In this document: positions 51,107-63,000 of the stretch, one piece after another
How positions within the stretch are numbered: the stretch's first letter is position 1
Layout of the letters: the number at the start of each line of letters is the position of its first letter
DNA from: Caecitellus pseudoparvulus
Taxonomy: Eukaryota > Protista > Bigyra: Bicosoecida
Direction of reading: 5' to 3'
Assembly (NCBI GenBank): GCA_965644315.1
Contig: CBFFRQ010000073.1
Location: 20,092-84,091, forward strand
DNA length: 64,000 nucleotides
Position numbers and translations under genes: made by a program
The notes under the pieces: model-generated
The model's database searches: none
Seen by the model: the letters and a program-made list of their open reading frames with translations, nothing else
Told to the model about the DNA's origin: nothing

Positions 51107-54100
51107 CTAGTGGCCTCCTGGTCGATGAACAGGCCCGCCAAATGCAAACGTGCCGCTCGCTGCACCTGCAATGGGGAGGCCAGGATGCCCAGCACTTGGT
51201 ACTTGGTGCCCGCCAGCGCCATGCTGGGGGAGTGCAGGCCCCGCAGAAGCAGTGGCAGGGGGGGGCGGCCGGGCAGCCGCACGAGCCTGCCTCACCGCCA
51301 CCTGAGCGTCTTGCAGCAGCATCTTGATTTGCTGGTACAGCACCGTCTTGCGCGTCATGAACACTGCACGGTGCAGGCCAGTGAGGGTGCGCTGCATGAG
51401 GGACGTGCCGCTTATGGCCTTTTGCTTGGCGGCGTCCTTCGCGACGCTGTTGCGCAAGATGAGCACGAAGTCAGACGAAAGGACATTGGTGAGGGCGCGG
51501 GGGCTCAAGTCCACCCACGCGTGCCTGGTAATGGTGCAGTGGTCACACATGCACACAAGGCGCAGCACATGCAGCGCTGCATCCACCGTCTCCGCCGGGA
51601 TGTTCGCGTTGCGCAGGCAGGGCAGCATGCACAGCTGCGGCCTGCCTAGCTGGTGCCGCACGAAGCGCTCCCGCTCAGCGACAGCCTCGGCAGCACACAG
51701 GAATATGTCCCCTTGAGGGGGGGGCTCCTTGCCCGGCTGGATGGCAGGTGTTCCGAACCGCTGCAGTAGCGGCGTCACATCCACCTTGTATCCTGGTATG
51801 CGAACGTTGGGCGTCACGCCTGCCAGTGGCTCCATGCCCACACACGTGTACGGCACAACCTGCCAGGTGCCTTTTTCTGTCATGGGCATCACCATCGTGC
51901 TCTCAGCTTTCACAGAGGGCAGGAAGAGGTGACCCCACAGGCCAGTGGGGGGCAGCTCCTGCGCCAAGTGCTCCAGCAGCCGCGCGCAGCCCGCCGCTGC
52001 GGAAGGGCTCAGGTGGGACAGCGACGGCAGCTGCTCTGCTGCAGGCATGGTGTTGCGAATGCTTGAAATCTGCATGCCCACGCCATGCAGCAACGCCCGC
52101 TTCTGGTCAGGCAGCATCTGGCTCATGGACTGCGCATGCTGCAGCGCCTGCAACAGACCCCCCACCGCCAGCTGGTACTGGTCCAGAGATGGCGCTGAGC
52201 TGGCTGTGGGAAAGTGGTCAGCGTTCTTGTACGCAGCAGGGTCCACCACGCCGGGCTGTGTTCGATGCGCAGCTTGCTTTGCCTGTGGCTTGGGCCTGGG
52301 CCTTGGTTTGGGCTTGGGCTTGGGCTTGGGCGCGGTGCTGTCGGCAGCTGCCCCCTTGCCCTCCAGCACGACATCCTTGTCCCCTGCAGCGGCCGGCTCC
52401 AGCAGTTCATCATCATCATCATCGTCGTCGTCGTCGTCATCCAACAAGCTAATGTCAAAGTCCCCGTCAGCTTCGGGGTGCTTGGGCGCCGGGCCGCTGG
52501 GCTTGGCGCGCTTGGCGCCGCCTGCCGTCGCCTCAGGAGCATCTGAGTACTTGACCGCCTCACGCCTGCGCTTGCCGCGCCCCATGTTCGCTTGCGCCTG
52601 CAGGCGGTGCGCAGCTGCTTTGCTCTGCATGTCTCGGTACCGTGCCGCCCACATGGCCTCCGCCTCAGCGATTGCCGCAGCCTCAGCGGCATCGCCAGAC
52701 GAGCCCTCCGCCGCTGCCGAAAAGACGTTGAAGAGGGAAGACCCTGCAGCTCCCGAGGCATCCGCTGCGTCCGGGCCGCGGGCAGTTTTGGCAGCAGCCT
52801 CGGCGTCCGCAGCTGCAACCAGCGCCGCCACCGCGCCTGGCTCGTGCACCAGGCGCCGCGCCGAGGCCTGTGCAGCGTCTTCCTTCCCGGAGAACACCTT
52901 CACAGACGTCATGATGGCAGCAACGAGCTCCTCCTTTGTTGGCGCGCGTGACTCGCCGCTGGCACCGCCGGCACCCCCCACGCCAGCCGTAGCCACTCGC
53001 TCCATCTGCAGCTTTTGGGCTGCTTTCTCCTGCATCTTCTCCTCCACCGTGCCCACCGTGACGAAGCGGTAAATCACCACAGGCTTGGTTTGCCCGTAGC
53101 GATGCACACGCGCGGCAGCCTGCCGGTCCATGTGCGGGTTCCAGTCGCTGTCGAAGATGATGACGGTGTCTGCCGTGGCGAGGTTCAGCCCCACGCCGCC
53201 GGCACGGGTGGACATGAGCAGGCAAAAGAGGCGTGAGTCGGTGGCGTTGAACTGGGAAATGATGCGTTCCCGCTCCTGCCCCACAGTGCTGCCATCGATG
53301 CGCCGATACCGCATGGCTCGCCGCGCGGCATTGCGAGCTGGCGCACCAGGGACAGTCTCATCCTCATCGCCCAAGCCACGCTGCACTCCCAGCATGACAT
53401 CCTCCAGGATGTCCAGCACCAGCTGGAACTGGGAGAACACCAGCACCCGGTGCCCCGCCACTGACAGCTCGGCCAGCAGGCGAGTCAGCACCTGTAGCTT
53501 GCCAGCGCAATTCACGAGCAGGGAGAACTCAGCTGCGCCGGGCAAGTGCCAGTAGCCGTGAGTGCCGCGTCGTGCTTTGGCCAGCAGCTTGACGCTACTG
53601 GGCCCTGGCACGCCCAGGGTCACCGCAGCTTCCTCCAGCACACTCGCAGGCGTTGCCGACGGGGTGTCAGGGCCAGCCCCAGCAGCTTTGGCTGCGCCTT
53701 CGGCTGTACCCGCCACAGCGGCGACATCCTCCAAGCCTTGCGCTTTGGCAGTCGCAGCCTTGGCCGCCTCCACCACCTGCCTTACGAGCTCTCCTTCCAG
53801 CCCTGGCACGATGTACGGGTGATTCGCCATGTGCCGCAGAGACATGAAGAGGTTGTTCAGCGCAGACTTGCTGGTGCCCGAGCCGTGCACCAGCTGGTAG
53901 TTGCGCGTGAGCATAGTGGCGTACACCTCTCGCTGCTGCGGCGCGAGGGCGATGGGCACGATGACCTCGTGCTTCGCGGGGAGATCCTTCATCACCTCCG
54001 CCTTCACACGTCGCAGCATGTGCGGCCGAAGAGTGTCCTGGAACCGGGCCACCGTCTGGGGGTCCGTCAGGTCCCCGTACTGCTCCAGGAAGCCCTCGCA

Positions 54101-57100
54101 GGAGGGGAAGGCGGCCGGCTCCAAGAAGTACAGCAGCGCCCACAACTCCTCCAAGCGGTTCATGAGTGGCGTGCCAGTCAGCAGCACAGCCTGCCGGCGG
54201 CGAAGCTCTGCGAGGCTGTCAAACCGCTGTGAAGACCCATGCCCCTTGCTGTTGGCCTTGCCCTTCAGGCTGTGTCCCTCGTCGATGATGAGGTTGCCGA
54301 AGCCCTTGCGGTGGCCGCTGGCCTTGCTGCTCAGGGCGAGGTCGGAGTTCCACTCACCCACGAGCCCTGTGGCCTGGAAGGCAGCGTCAACGTCGCTGCC
54401 TGGAGCTGGGACCGGCAACACTCTGCCACCCGCCACGACGTCTGACTGCAGCCGCCGCAAGTACGTCGCGTCGATGCTGACGAGCTCGTACGACACGAGG
54501 AGGACGTCAATGGCCACGAGGGCCTTCCCAGTGGCGGGGTCCCGTGCCGTGTCGCCGGTGTCCGGGTCCGTGACGTACCACTCCTTGGCCCGGATGACGT
54601 CCCGGTCCTCCCGCGCGCCCGTGTACATGCTCACCACCAGCCCAGGGGCCCACAGGCGCGCCTCCCGCAGCCAGTTGCCCATGGTGCTCTTGGGCACGAC
54701 GATGATGTGTGGGCCGGCCCCAGCCCCGCCACAGTGCTGGTAGCACGCCTCCACCAACGCCAGCGCCTGCACCGTCTTGCCCAGCCCCATCTCATCTGCC
54801 AGGATGACGCCACGGCCCGCTCGATGAGCAGCGTACAGCCAGTTCAGCCCCTCCAACTGGTACGGGAAGAGTTCACCCCCCAGCCAGGGCGGGGAGCGGG
54901 GAAACGCCCAGCCCTTCTTGCTGGCGGCAGGCGCGGAGCCGGCAGGTGGCGGCTTCCCAGACACGACCGAGGGCTCCCCCAGCACGGCGTGGGAGGCTTG
55001 CAGGCAGGCCGGCGTCAGCTCCCGCATGCGGCGGGTGTTGGCTGCTGCCCACCTGCAGATCTCCCCCGCTGCAAACACAGCCACGAGGGGGCCCCACTCC
55101 CACGTGGCCCCCGCGTGGTCCACCCCCGTCCACTTGACCAGGTACTCGTACTCAGCGTGGGGCTCCCACACGCTGACAGGCGGCACCCGCCCATCTGCAA
55201 TGTGCCCCGCGACGGCCCCCAGCATGGCACTGGGGGAGGCATCCTCTGCCTCCTCCTCCTCGTCGGCCTTGCTCCACCCTGCAGAGAGGGTCAGGGCATT
55301 GTGCAGGTCAGGCAGCGAACAGCCCAGGCCCGTGCCACCAGCCTTGGGGTCCTCAGCGGCGTGCCACGCCAGGCACTGGCGCCGACGACGTGCCAGGACG
55401 TGTGACACCGTCACGTACTCGGCGCGCCAGTCGTGCAAGCTGGCAGGCGCATCAGCCTCTCCCCGGGCTGAGGTGCGGCTGCCCGCCGAGGCGTCGCCCT
55501 GGCCCGCGCCTGGACGCCCAGGGGAGGCCAGCAGGGCAGCTCCAGCCTCGGGAGTGTCGTCTCCCTCCTCGGCCGACGACGCCTCGCCGTCCTCCACCTC
55601 CCCCACTGCGAACCTGTGCGCGCCGCCGGCTGTGCCCTCCTCCTCGTCCAGCAACACGCCCGTGTGCGCTGACAGAGGCGGCGCCGTCCACACCGACGTC
55701 CACAGCGTGATGCCGTCAGCGGCCAGGAAGTACCTCACGGCTGCGCTAGCGACACTGGCTGCGTTGTCTGCTTCACTGCCTGGGGCAGCCGCTGCAACAA
55801 GCGCCTTGCCCCGCCGCACGCCGGGGTCAGTGGGGTCTTCCCCCAGACTCACTGCCTGCTGCAGGGGGGGCAGGTTCAGCCGCTTCAAGAAGGCTTGCAG
55901 CGCGCCAGGGCACAGGTGTTCCAGCGTCTGCTCTCGCAGCCACGTGTTGTGCCAGTGCCCGCGACCTTCCCACTTGACCCAGTACTCGCGTGTGCGCAAG
56001 ACGCACCAGGCACTGGAGCATGCCTGGGCAGTGGCAGCCAGGGCGCCCGGGCCCACCAGTGTCGTGCCGTCCAGGGGCAGGTTCCGCCGCACCCGCACAT
56101 CCCGCACGGCGAAGATCTTCTCAACCTTGCGCCGCCCGCCCAGGCACAGCGCACACACCGCCTTGCCGTGGCGCTGGTGAAGGGCGTCCAGAGAGGGCAC
56201 ACCAGACAGCGCCGCCGCTGCCTGTCGCGCTCCTGGCGCCGTGGCCAGGCCAGCGGCGGGGCCTGCGACGGGGCACGGCGCCAGACTGGCCACGGCAGGG
56301 AAGTTGTGTGTGCAGGGCGTGGGCGGCACACAGGACGCCTGCACGGCTTGCAAGGCTCCAGCCCGGGGCAGACCGGCCAGGGCCGCGGCAGCAGTGCAGG
56401 GGGCCGCCTCCAACAGGGTGCGCTGCAGGCTTTGGCAGGCAGCGGCCGAGGCCAGGCTGCTCTTGCGCGGGCTGGGCCCTGACACCAGCCACCTCCACGC
56501 ATCCGGCACAGAGACAGACAGCTCGCAGCAGCGGCACTGCACCCGATCCAGAGGCAGGGGCGGCGGTGGCTCGGCGGGCCCAGGCTGCAGCAGTGCCAGC
56601 AGGCTCTGCATGGTGCCGCCGTACAGCTCTGCCTCCTCGTCTGTCCGGCCGGAGACGGCGCAGCGGTAGATGGGCCGCACGTTGGCAGCCTTGACCTGCC
56701 GCCGCTCCCAGGCGTCGCCATTGGACAGCTCGGCCGGCGAGAAGAGCACGGCCGCGGTGACGTCCAGGCCTGTGTCGCCCAGGCCCAGGGACCGCGCAAC
56801 ACGCCGGCGGGAGATGCCGGTGTCCTCCTCGCCTTCCTCAGCCTCGTCACCGGCCGCGGCAGAGGAACGGGGCACTGGTAGACCCAGCGGTCCGTGCAGG
56901 GATGCCTGTGCCAGAGCAGCGTGGTCAGCCCGCGTCAGGTCTGAGAAGTCATCCTCCTCTGCGTCGCTGTCTTCGTCCCACGCCGCGTCCAGCTCCGCCA
57001 GGGACGCCATGGAGCTGGCAGGGGGTAGGTCCATATTGAAGCTCTTCACAGACGTCGGAGTGAACTCCAGGGAGAAGTCCTCCACCTCTGGCAGGCGGCC

Positions 57101-59302
57101 GGGGTCGTCCCCAGCGTCCCCCGCCGCGCCCTTGCGTCCTGATCGCGCACGGCCCTCACCCGCCCCCCGCCTCAGGTCCTCGGCCGTGATGGGTGCAGAC
57201 AGCACCTCCTTGGCCTCCTCCAGCTGCCCACGCCGAACGCCCAACGCCGCCTGGGCGCTGTTCCGCGCTGCAGTGCTGTGTGCAGAGCCCTGCAACGCCG
57301 CCAGGGCCTGCTGAGCTGCGTCAAAGGCAGCCTGAGCCTCGTCCACCACCGCCTGACGCTGGGCCTTGATTTCGCCCGCCACGACACGCGCCTCGGCTGC
57401 GGCGCTCTCCAGCTGTGGCATGGCGGTGCGCAGGACACCCAGGTCCTGCGCGGCCCTGCCTGCCTCCTGTGCCGCGCCCACTGCTGCCGCCTGCTCCTCT
57501 GCCAGGCGGGACTGCCGCCCAGCCACGCTGCGGCTATGCTGCACCCGCCGCACGTGCCAGAGCTGGGCGCCAGACTGCACGATGTCAGGGTCCACGAGGG
57601 TCTGGCGTGGGAACCAGGTGCCGGCGCTCCACGCACTGCCTGAGCTGCCTGGCGCGCAGCGCACACTCCACGTCTGAGACGGCCTCAGAAGGGACGGCGG
57701 CACCACCTCGGGGTTGTCCCGGGGGTCCCCCTCCTCCAGCAAGTGGGCGTCTTCAAACAGGCCCCGCTCGCTGTCATCCAGCAGCGCCAGGAGACGAGCC
57801 AGGGTGGGGAACTTGGCCTTGGACGCAGTGCAGGCGGCAGGCTCCGTGTGGGGCGCGCCTGCCAGCACTTCAGGCGGGGCGATGTGTTCCACTGTGGCGG
57901 GGTAGTCGGCAGGGGGGCTGAGTCCGCCGAGAGGCAGCCCTCCCTGGCGCAACGCGTGCAGAGACGGCGCGTCGGCTGGCAGCGCCGAAACGCACACCGG
58001 ATGCGAGGCACTGTCCCAAATGAAGTCGGAGAGAGACCGCTGCGCGCAGGCGTCCCCCGCTCGCCCCGCCACCAGACCAGCAAGGTCCACCACAACGCGG
58101 CCCTTCTTATCGAACACCTGCAGCAGCTCCTGCGCCAGGCACAGACGCTCCCAGGCTGACAAGTCCTCCAGCCCCTGCCGCATGGCAGCGTTGCGCTCAG
58201 CTCGTGCCTTGGCTGTCGCCTTGGCGGCATCTCGCGCCCCCCGTGCGATGCGGCCCAACTCACGCAGGGCGCTGCGCAGCCAGGCGGAGCGCTGGTGCAC
58301 GGCGCGGCGGCGCGCAGCAGCAGCCCTGTCGTCGTCACACACGCCTGTGCTGTACGCGATGCGGTGCACGGCGCCACACTCTGCGAGGCTGGTGGAGGCC
58401 AGCTGCCCCCACTGCTCAAGCTTGCGCCGCATGCGGGCGAGTGTCTGCGTGTTCAGCGTCACGACAAACTGCAGGAGGGCAGGGGGGGCGCCGGGCACCT
58501 GCTGTGCGAGGTGGGACGGGTCTGGGTCCAGCCCCTGCTCAGCCGCTGCCAGCGCCGCCGACACGACGGATGAGGCGCGCTGTAGCGCCGGGAGGCCCGT
58601 CGCCGCCCACTCGTCAGCGGAGAACACCTGGACGACATGGGCGCGCCACCAGCCGTCGCCGGTGTGGACGTCCACGTGGGCGTGCAGGGGCGCCGCCTGA
58701 CCAGGCGGCAGGCGGCCGGTATGCAGGGGGCGCACGGCTGCCAGGGGCACACGGGGCGTGTGCTTGGAGCCCTGGTCGTCCATCAGCTCCTTGAAACGCA
58801 CCTGCATGGAGAACTGGTACACGCGCACGACCTCTGCCTCGAAGTAGGAGAATTCGAAGCCGGTGTCGGTGAACGGCACCTCCACTGCGTCGCCGACCCT
58901 GAAGCGGTGACGAGGGTGCCCATCGTGAGCCACCAGGGTGGCCAAGTCGCCAAACCGCTGCAGAACGTCCCCCGCATGCAGGGGCATGAGGTCCTCCACT
59001 GCCACCTCACTGCCACGTGTTCCGTGCTGCGCCGGCACTGACACACCCACCACCGACGAACCGGACGAGTCACTGTCACTCTCAGTCGAAGAGAAGTCCG
59101 AGGCAGACGACGAGACCAACGAAACCGCATGAGATCCCGGCTTGAAATCTGTGTCTCCGCGCCGTGCACGCTTGCGCCGCCCACCCGCGCCGCTGCGAGG
59201 CTTGTCCGCCAGCGCCTGCCGCTGAGCTGCTCGAGCCGCCCGGCTCAGGCGCTGCTTGGAGCTGGGCCGGACGACCTCCTCTTCAGAAGACGAGGCACTC
59301 AT
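51107..59302 (-). CDS. CHD-family SNF2 chromatin remodeler with N-terminal Agenet/Tudor domains and tandem chromodomains
   Basis: Agenet-like FRVGDAVEV...SYFEAEVV...VRP...VDVHTGDGWW; chromodomains EYWVKWEGRGHWHNTW and EYLVKWTGVDHAGATWE; YQLEGLNWL, ILADEMGLGKT, IIDEGH, LLTGTP, STRAGGVGLNL, FDSDWNP, QAAARVHRYGQ. Confidence 0.92.
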   Translation of the reverse strand: MSASSSEEEVVRPSSKQRLSRAARAAQRQALADKPRSGAGGRRKRARRGDTDFKPGSHAVSLVSSSASDFSSTESDSDSSGSSVVGVSVPAQHGTRGSEVAVEDLMPLHAGDVLQRFGDLATLVAHDGHPRHRFRVGDAVEVPFTDTGFEFSYFEAEVVRVYQFSMQVRFKELMDDQGSKHTPRVPLAAVRPLHTGRLPPGQAAPLHAHVDVHTGDGWWRAHVVQVFSADEWAATGLPALQRASSVVSAALAAAEQGLDPDPSHLAQQVPGAPPALLQFVVTLNTQTLARMRRKLEQWGQLASTSLAECGAVHRIAYSTGVCDDDRAAAARRRAVHQRSAWLRSALRELGRIARGARDAAKATAKARAERNAAMRQGLEDLSAWERLCLAQELLQVFDKKGRVVVDLAGLVAGRAGDACAQRSLSDFIWDSASHPVCVSALPADAPSLHALRQGGLPLGGLSPPADYPATVEHIAPPEVLAGAPHTEPAACTASKAKFPTLARLLALLDDSERGLFEDAHLLEEGDPRDNPEVVPPSLLRPSQTWSVRCAPGSSGSAWSAGTWFPRQTLVDPDIVQSGAQLWHVRRVQHSRSVAGRQSRLAEEQAAAVGAAQEAGRAAQDLGVLRTAMPQLESAAAEARVVAGEIKAQRQAVVDEAQAAFDAAQQALAALQGSAHSTAARNSAQAALGVRRGQLEEAKEVLSAPITAEDLRRGAGEGRARSGRKGAAGDAGDDPGRLPEVEDFSLEFTPTSVKSFNMDLPPASSMASLAELDAAWDEDSDAEEDDFSDLTRADHAALAQASLHGPLGLPVPRSSAAAGDEAEEGEEDTGISRRRVARSLGLGDTGLDVTAAVLFSPAELSNGDAWERRQVKAANVRPIYRCAVSGRTDEEAELYGGTMQSLLALLQPGPAEPPPPLPLDRVQCRCCELSVSVPDAWRWLVSGPSPRKSSLASAAACQSLQRTLLEAAPCTAAAALAGLPRAGALQAVQASCVPPTPCTHNFPAVASLAPCPVAGPAAGLATAPGARQAAAALSGVPSLDALHQRHGKAVCALCLGGRRKVEKIFAVRDVRVRRNLPLDGTTLVGPGALAATAQACSSAWCVLRTREYWVKWEGRGHWHNTWLREQTLEHLCPGALQAFLKRLNLPPLQQAVSLGEDPTDPGVRRGKALVAAAAPGSEADNAASVASAAVRYFLAADGITLWTSVWTAPPLSAHTGVLLDEEEGTAGGAHRFAVGEVEDGEASSAEEGDDTPEAGAALLASPGRPGAGQGDASAGSRTSARGEADAPASLHDWRAEYVTVSHVLARRRRQCLAWHAAEDPKAGGTGLGCSLPDLHNALTLSAGWSKADEEEEAEDASPSAMLGAVAGHIADGRVPPVSVWEPHAEYEYLVKWTGVDHAGATWEWGPLVAVFAAGEICRWAAANTRRMRELTPACLQASHAVLGEPSVVSGKPPPAGSAPAASKKGWAFPRSPPWLGGELFPYQLEGLNWLYAAHRAGRGVILADEMGLGKTVQALALVEACYQHCGGAGAGPHIIVVPKSTMGNWLREARLWAPGLVVSMYTGAREDRDVIRAKEWYVTDPDTGDTARDPATGKALVAIDVLLVSYELVSIDATYLRRLQSDVVAGGRVLPVPAPGSDVDAAFQATGLVGEWNSDLALSSKASGHRKGFGNLIIDEGHSLKGKANSKGHGSSQRFDSLAELRRRQAVLLTGTPLMNRLEELWALLYFLEPAAFPSCEGFLEQYGDLTDPQTVARFQDTLRPHMLRRVKAEVMKDLPAKHEVIVPIALAPQQREVYATMLTRNYQLVHGSGTSKSALNNLFMSLRHMANHPYIVPGLEGELVRQVVEAAKAATAKAQGLEDVAAVAGTAEGAAKAAGAGPDTPSATPASVLEEAAVTLGVPGPSSVKLLAKARRGTHGYWHLPGAAEFSLLVNCAGKLQVLTRLLAELSVAGHRVLVFSQFQLVLDILEDVMLGVQRGLGDEDETVPGAPARNAARRAMRYRRIDGSTVGQERERIISQFNATDSRLFCLLMSTRAGGVGLNLATADTVIIFDSDWNPHMDRQAAARVHRYGQTKPVVIYRFVTVGTVEEKMQEKAAQKLQMERVATAGVGGAGGASGESRAPTKEELVAAIMTSVKVFSGKEDAAQASARRLVHEPGAVAALVAAADAEAAAKTARGPDAADASGAAGSSLFNVFSAAAEGSSGDAAEAAAIAEAEAMWAARYRDMQSKAAAHRLQAQANMGRGKRRREAVKYSDAPEATAGGAKRAKPSGPAPKHPEADGDFDISLLDDDDDDDDDDDELLEPAAAGDKDVVLEGKGAAADSTAPKPKPKPKPRPRPKPQAKQAAHRTQPGVVDPAAYKNADHFPTASSAPSLDQYQLAVGGLLQALQHAQSMSQMLPDQKRALLHGVGMQISSIRNTMPAAEQLPSLSHLSPSAAAGCARLLEHLAQELPPTGLWGHLFLPSVKAESTMVMPMTEKGTWQVVPYTCVGMEPLAGVTPNVRIPGYKVDVTPLLQRFGTPAIQPGKEPPPQGDIFLCAAEAVAERERFVRHQLGRPQLCMLPCLRNANIPAETVDAALHVLRLVCMCDHCTITRHAWVDLSPRALTNVLSSDFVLILRNSVAKDAAKQKAISGTSLMQRTLTGLHRAVFMTRKTVLYQQIKMLLQDAQVAVRQARAAARPPPPATASAGPALPQHGAGGHQVPSAGHPGLPIAGAASGTFAFGGPVHRPGGH
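52290..52440. repeat. Coding microsatellites: (TTGGGC)n encoding PKPKPK and (TCA)n/(TCG)n encoding poly-Asp in the CHD gene
   Basis: Direct inspection of 52290-52331 and 52407-52440. Confidence 0.8.
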
Positions 59303-60049
59303 TGTTTGAGCTGTTTCTGAGCCGTGGGTTCCTGCGCTGCGCAGGGAAGGTGGCAAGCAGCGAAGGTTCAGTGCGAGCCAGCACGGTGTGCGGAATATGA
59401 GCTCAACGCCAAGGCGTCCGCGAGGCGCCCACGCGTGGCGCCTGAAGACGCACCCAAATGTCTGTCAATAGATTCTCTTATTCTGGTTGGGATTGCTACC
59501 TGCCTCCCTGTCCTCTTCCCCGTTCAAGGCGCAGAAGACCGCTAGCAGCCCCGGTAGCTGAGTTCAAATGTCCGCGCCCTTGCCGTGAACCCTCTTGCAG
59601 GCGCGGTGTTGCGGCGGCCAAGGGCGGCCTCACAGCCGCCACAGGGGGTCAGTGCAGCAAGACCTAATGAGGGCACAAGTCGCCAGGCAATTTGCTATCG
59701 CAGGCCCTAATACCGCCATTGGAGTTGTGGTGCTTGCCTGGGAGTTGTGGCAAGATGCATCAAGTGGCGAGCTGGGCAGCGCAGGAAGTCACACGTGCCC
59801 TCCGCGCGCCCGCCACTGCGCACCAGGCGCACAAAGAACCCCACAGCACATTTTCAGGATGCAAATAGACTGCCCATGGAGGGCTTTCGGGTACAGTGCG
59901 ACGCCTGCTGCCAGTCCAGTGCCGGACTGCTAGCTCGCGCCAGTCCGAGTGTTCGTCCGGCCAGGCCAAGCCTGGCGTGACCCTTGCTCTCGTGATCAAG
60001 GCCCGCGTGTGCAGCCAGCACAGTGTGCAGGGTTCCCTGATCCATCACC

Positions 60050-63000
60050 ATGCCAAAGAAGAAGGTCGATTCGCGTGTGCGCACGCTTATCGAGAACTGC
60101 GTCAAGACCCGGCAGCGGTCTTTGTTTGTCGTGGTCGGTGACCGCGGCAAGTACCAGGTGGTCAACCTGCATTACATGCTGACCAAGGCCCAGGTGAAGA
60201 CGAAGCCCAGCGTTCTGTGGTGCTATGACAAGGAGCTTGGGTTCTCGACGTGCGTGCCCTGCTCGCAGCAGCCTGTCAAGCGGCCGTGTGCGGAAGTTGT
60301 GAGCCCCCTTCATTTTCCGCAGGCACCGGCAAAAGCGCATGCGGCAGGTGAAGCAGATGCAGGCCAAGGGGGTGTGGAACGAGGACACAGATGACCCCTT
60401 CCAGCTGTTCATGTCCAGCACGAACATTTCTTGGTGCTACTATAAGGATTCCGCCCGCATCCTCGGCCAGACCCACGGGATGCTGGTGCTGCAGGACTTC
60501 GAGGCCTTGACGCCCAACCTGCTGTGCCGGACGATGGAGACGGTAGAAGGCGGCGGCATCGTCGTGCTGCTGCTGGCCAGCATGTCCTCTTTGAAGAGCC
60601 TGTACACCATGGTCATGGACGTGCACGCTCGGTTCCGCACAGAAGCACACCAGCATGTCGTGCCGCGTTTCAACGAGCGCTTCATGCTGTCCCTCGCCAC
60701 GTGCGCCTCCGCCCTCGTCGTGGACGACGAGCTGAACGTCCTCCCCATCTCCAAGCACGCCAAGCTCATCCAGCCCCTCACAGCCGAGGACGCTGCCATG
60801 GGCGCAGCCGCCTCCGCGGCAGCCGAACTCGCCACGCTGAAGGCTTCCCTGGAAAGCACTGACATGATTGGCGGCCTGGTGGCGTCCTGTGTCACTCTGG
60901 ACCAGGCGAAAGCCGTGCTGCAGTTCTCTGAGTGCATCGCCGACAAGTCCCTCTCCACGACCGTGACTCTGACTGCGGGGCGTGGGCGCGGCAAGAGTGC
61001 CGCGCTGGGGTTGGCCATCGCCGCAGCCTTGGGTTTTGGCTACGCCAACATCTTCGTCACGTCCCCCAGCCCCCAGAACCTCAGCACGCTGTTCGAGTTC
61101 GTGTTCAAGGGCCTGGACGCTCTGGCGTACAAGGAACACCTGGACTACTCCACCCAGATCGGAACAGAGGGCGACACAGCTGGCTGCGTCATCCGCGTAA
61201 ACGTCCACCGCAACACGCGCCAGACAGTGCAGTACGTCGCGCCAGGCGACGCGGCAGGGCGCTTGGGGCAAGCTGAGCTGCTGGTGGTGGATGAGGCCGC
61301 TGCCATCCCCCTCCCCGTCGTGCGCAGCCTCATGGGCCCGTACCTGGTCTTCCTCGCCTCCACTGTGAACGGGTACGAAGGCACTGGGCGCTCCCTCACC
61401 CTGAAGTTCATCCAGCAGCTGCGCCAGTCAACGCTGCGTCCCACGAGCACCGGTGGCAGCGGCAAGGGGCGCGGCGGCGGGTGGCACACCTCTTCCGAAG
61501 GGCGGACTGCTGCGCGCCGGGCTGAGAAGGCTGCTGCAGCTGCCAGTGCCGCCGGAGCAGGCTCTGGCGGGCCTGGTCGGCGCAGTTTGAAGGAGATCGC
61601 GCTGGAGGAGCCCATCCGGTATGCGCCAGGGGATGCGGTAGAGGCGTGGCTGAACCGCCTGCTGTGCCTGGATGCCACGTCGCCGTACCGCATCGTGACG
61701 GCCCTTCCGCCGCCCTCTGCCTGTGAGCTGTTCCTGGTGAACCGCGATGCCTTGTTCTCGCACCACGCCCTCAGCGAGGCCATGCTGCACCGCCTCATGT
61801 CCCTCTTCGTCTCCAGCCACTACCGGAACAGCCCCAACGACCTGCAGCTCATGTCGGACGCCCCTGCCCACCGCCTCTTTGCGCTGCTGGGCCCGACGCC
61901 TGCGGGCGGGGAGGGCCTCCCTGACGTCCTGTGTGTCATCCAGGTGTGCCTGGAGGGCAACATCTCCCGCGAGACGGTCATGGCGTCCCTTGCCCGCGGG
62001 CAGCGGTCCAGCGGCGACCTCATCCCCTGGACCATGTCCCAGCAGTTCCTGGACAAGGGCTTCCCGTCCCTGTCTGGCGCCCGCATCGTGCGCATCGCGA
62101 CACACCCCGACGCCACACGCATGGGCTACGCCACCCGCGCGCTGAGCCTGCTCACACGGTACTACCAGGGCGAATTCGTCCCCCTGGAGGCCAGGGATGG
62201 GGCCGACGATGTCTCGGCCGAGGGGGGTGCCGCAGTCAGTGTGACGGAGACGCCTGCCACATCTGCTGAGGCTGCTCGCGCGGCGCTGCAAGCGGAGGAG
62301 GTCAAGCCGCGAGCCAGCCTGCCGCCGCTGCTTGTGGCACTGGAGGATGCGCCTCGTCACCGTCTGCACTGGGTGGGCACGAGCTACGGCCTGACGGCCA
62401 CCCTGTTCAACTTCTGGCGCAAGGGGGGGTATGTCCCCGTGTACCTGCGCCAGACCGCCAACGAACTCACTGCCGAGCACACCTGCATCATGCTGCGGGA
62501 GCTGGACGGAGAGGGCCTGCCAGATGCCCCAGAGCGGGGGTGGACATCCTCCTTCGCGGCAGACTTCTCCCGGCGATTCCTTTCCCTGTGCGGCTCTGCT
62601 TTCCGCAGCTTCCCCGCCTCCACGGCTCTGCTGGTTGGCGACACGGCTGCCCACAGCCTTGCCAAGGCCAAGGAAGCGTACGCCCTGGAGCACGGGCTGG
62701 TTCCGACAGGGCCAGGCGGGCAGGCCAAGGCCGCACCTTCTGGGCCCACCCCGGCCCAGGCGGCGGCAGCAGCTGACAGCCGGCTGCACTGGCGGCCGCT
62801 GGGCGCGGAGGAGCTGGAGTTGCTGCTGACGGGGCACGACTTGCAGCGCCTGGACTCCTACGCGCGGAACTTGGTGGACTACCACATGATCACAGACCTC
62901 GTGCCGCTGCTGGCCAGCCTGTACTTCACCCACCGCATGCCGGGGTTGAGCCTGTCCCGCCTGCAGTGCGCCTTGCTCATGGCTGTAGGCGCCCAGCGCC

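Noticed and set aside
59303-60049. Possible ncRNA/snoRNA or small gene between CHD and NAT10
   Set aside because: No convincing C/D or H/ACA boxes, tRNA fold or protein motif seen by eye; an Rfam scan would be needed.
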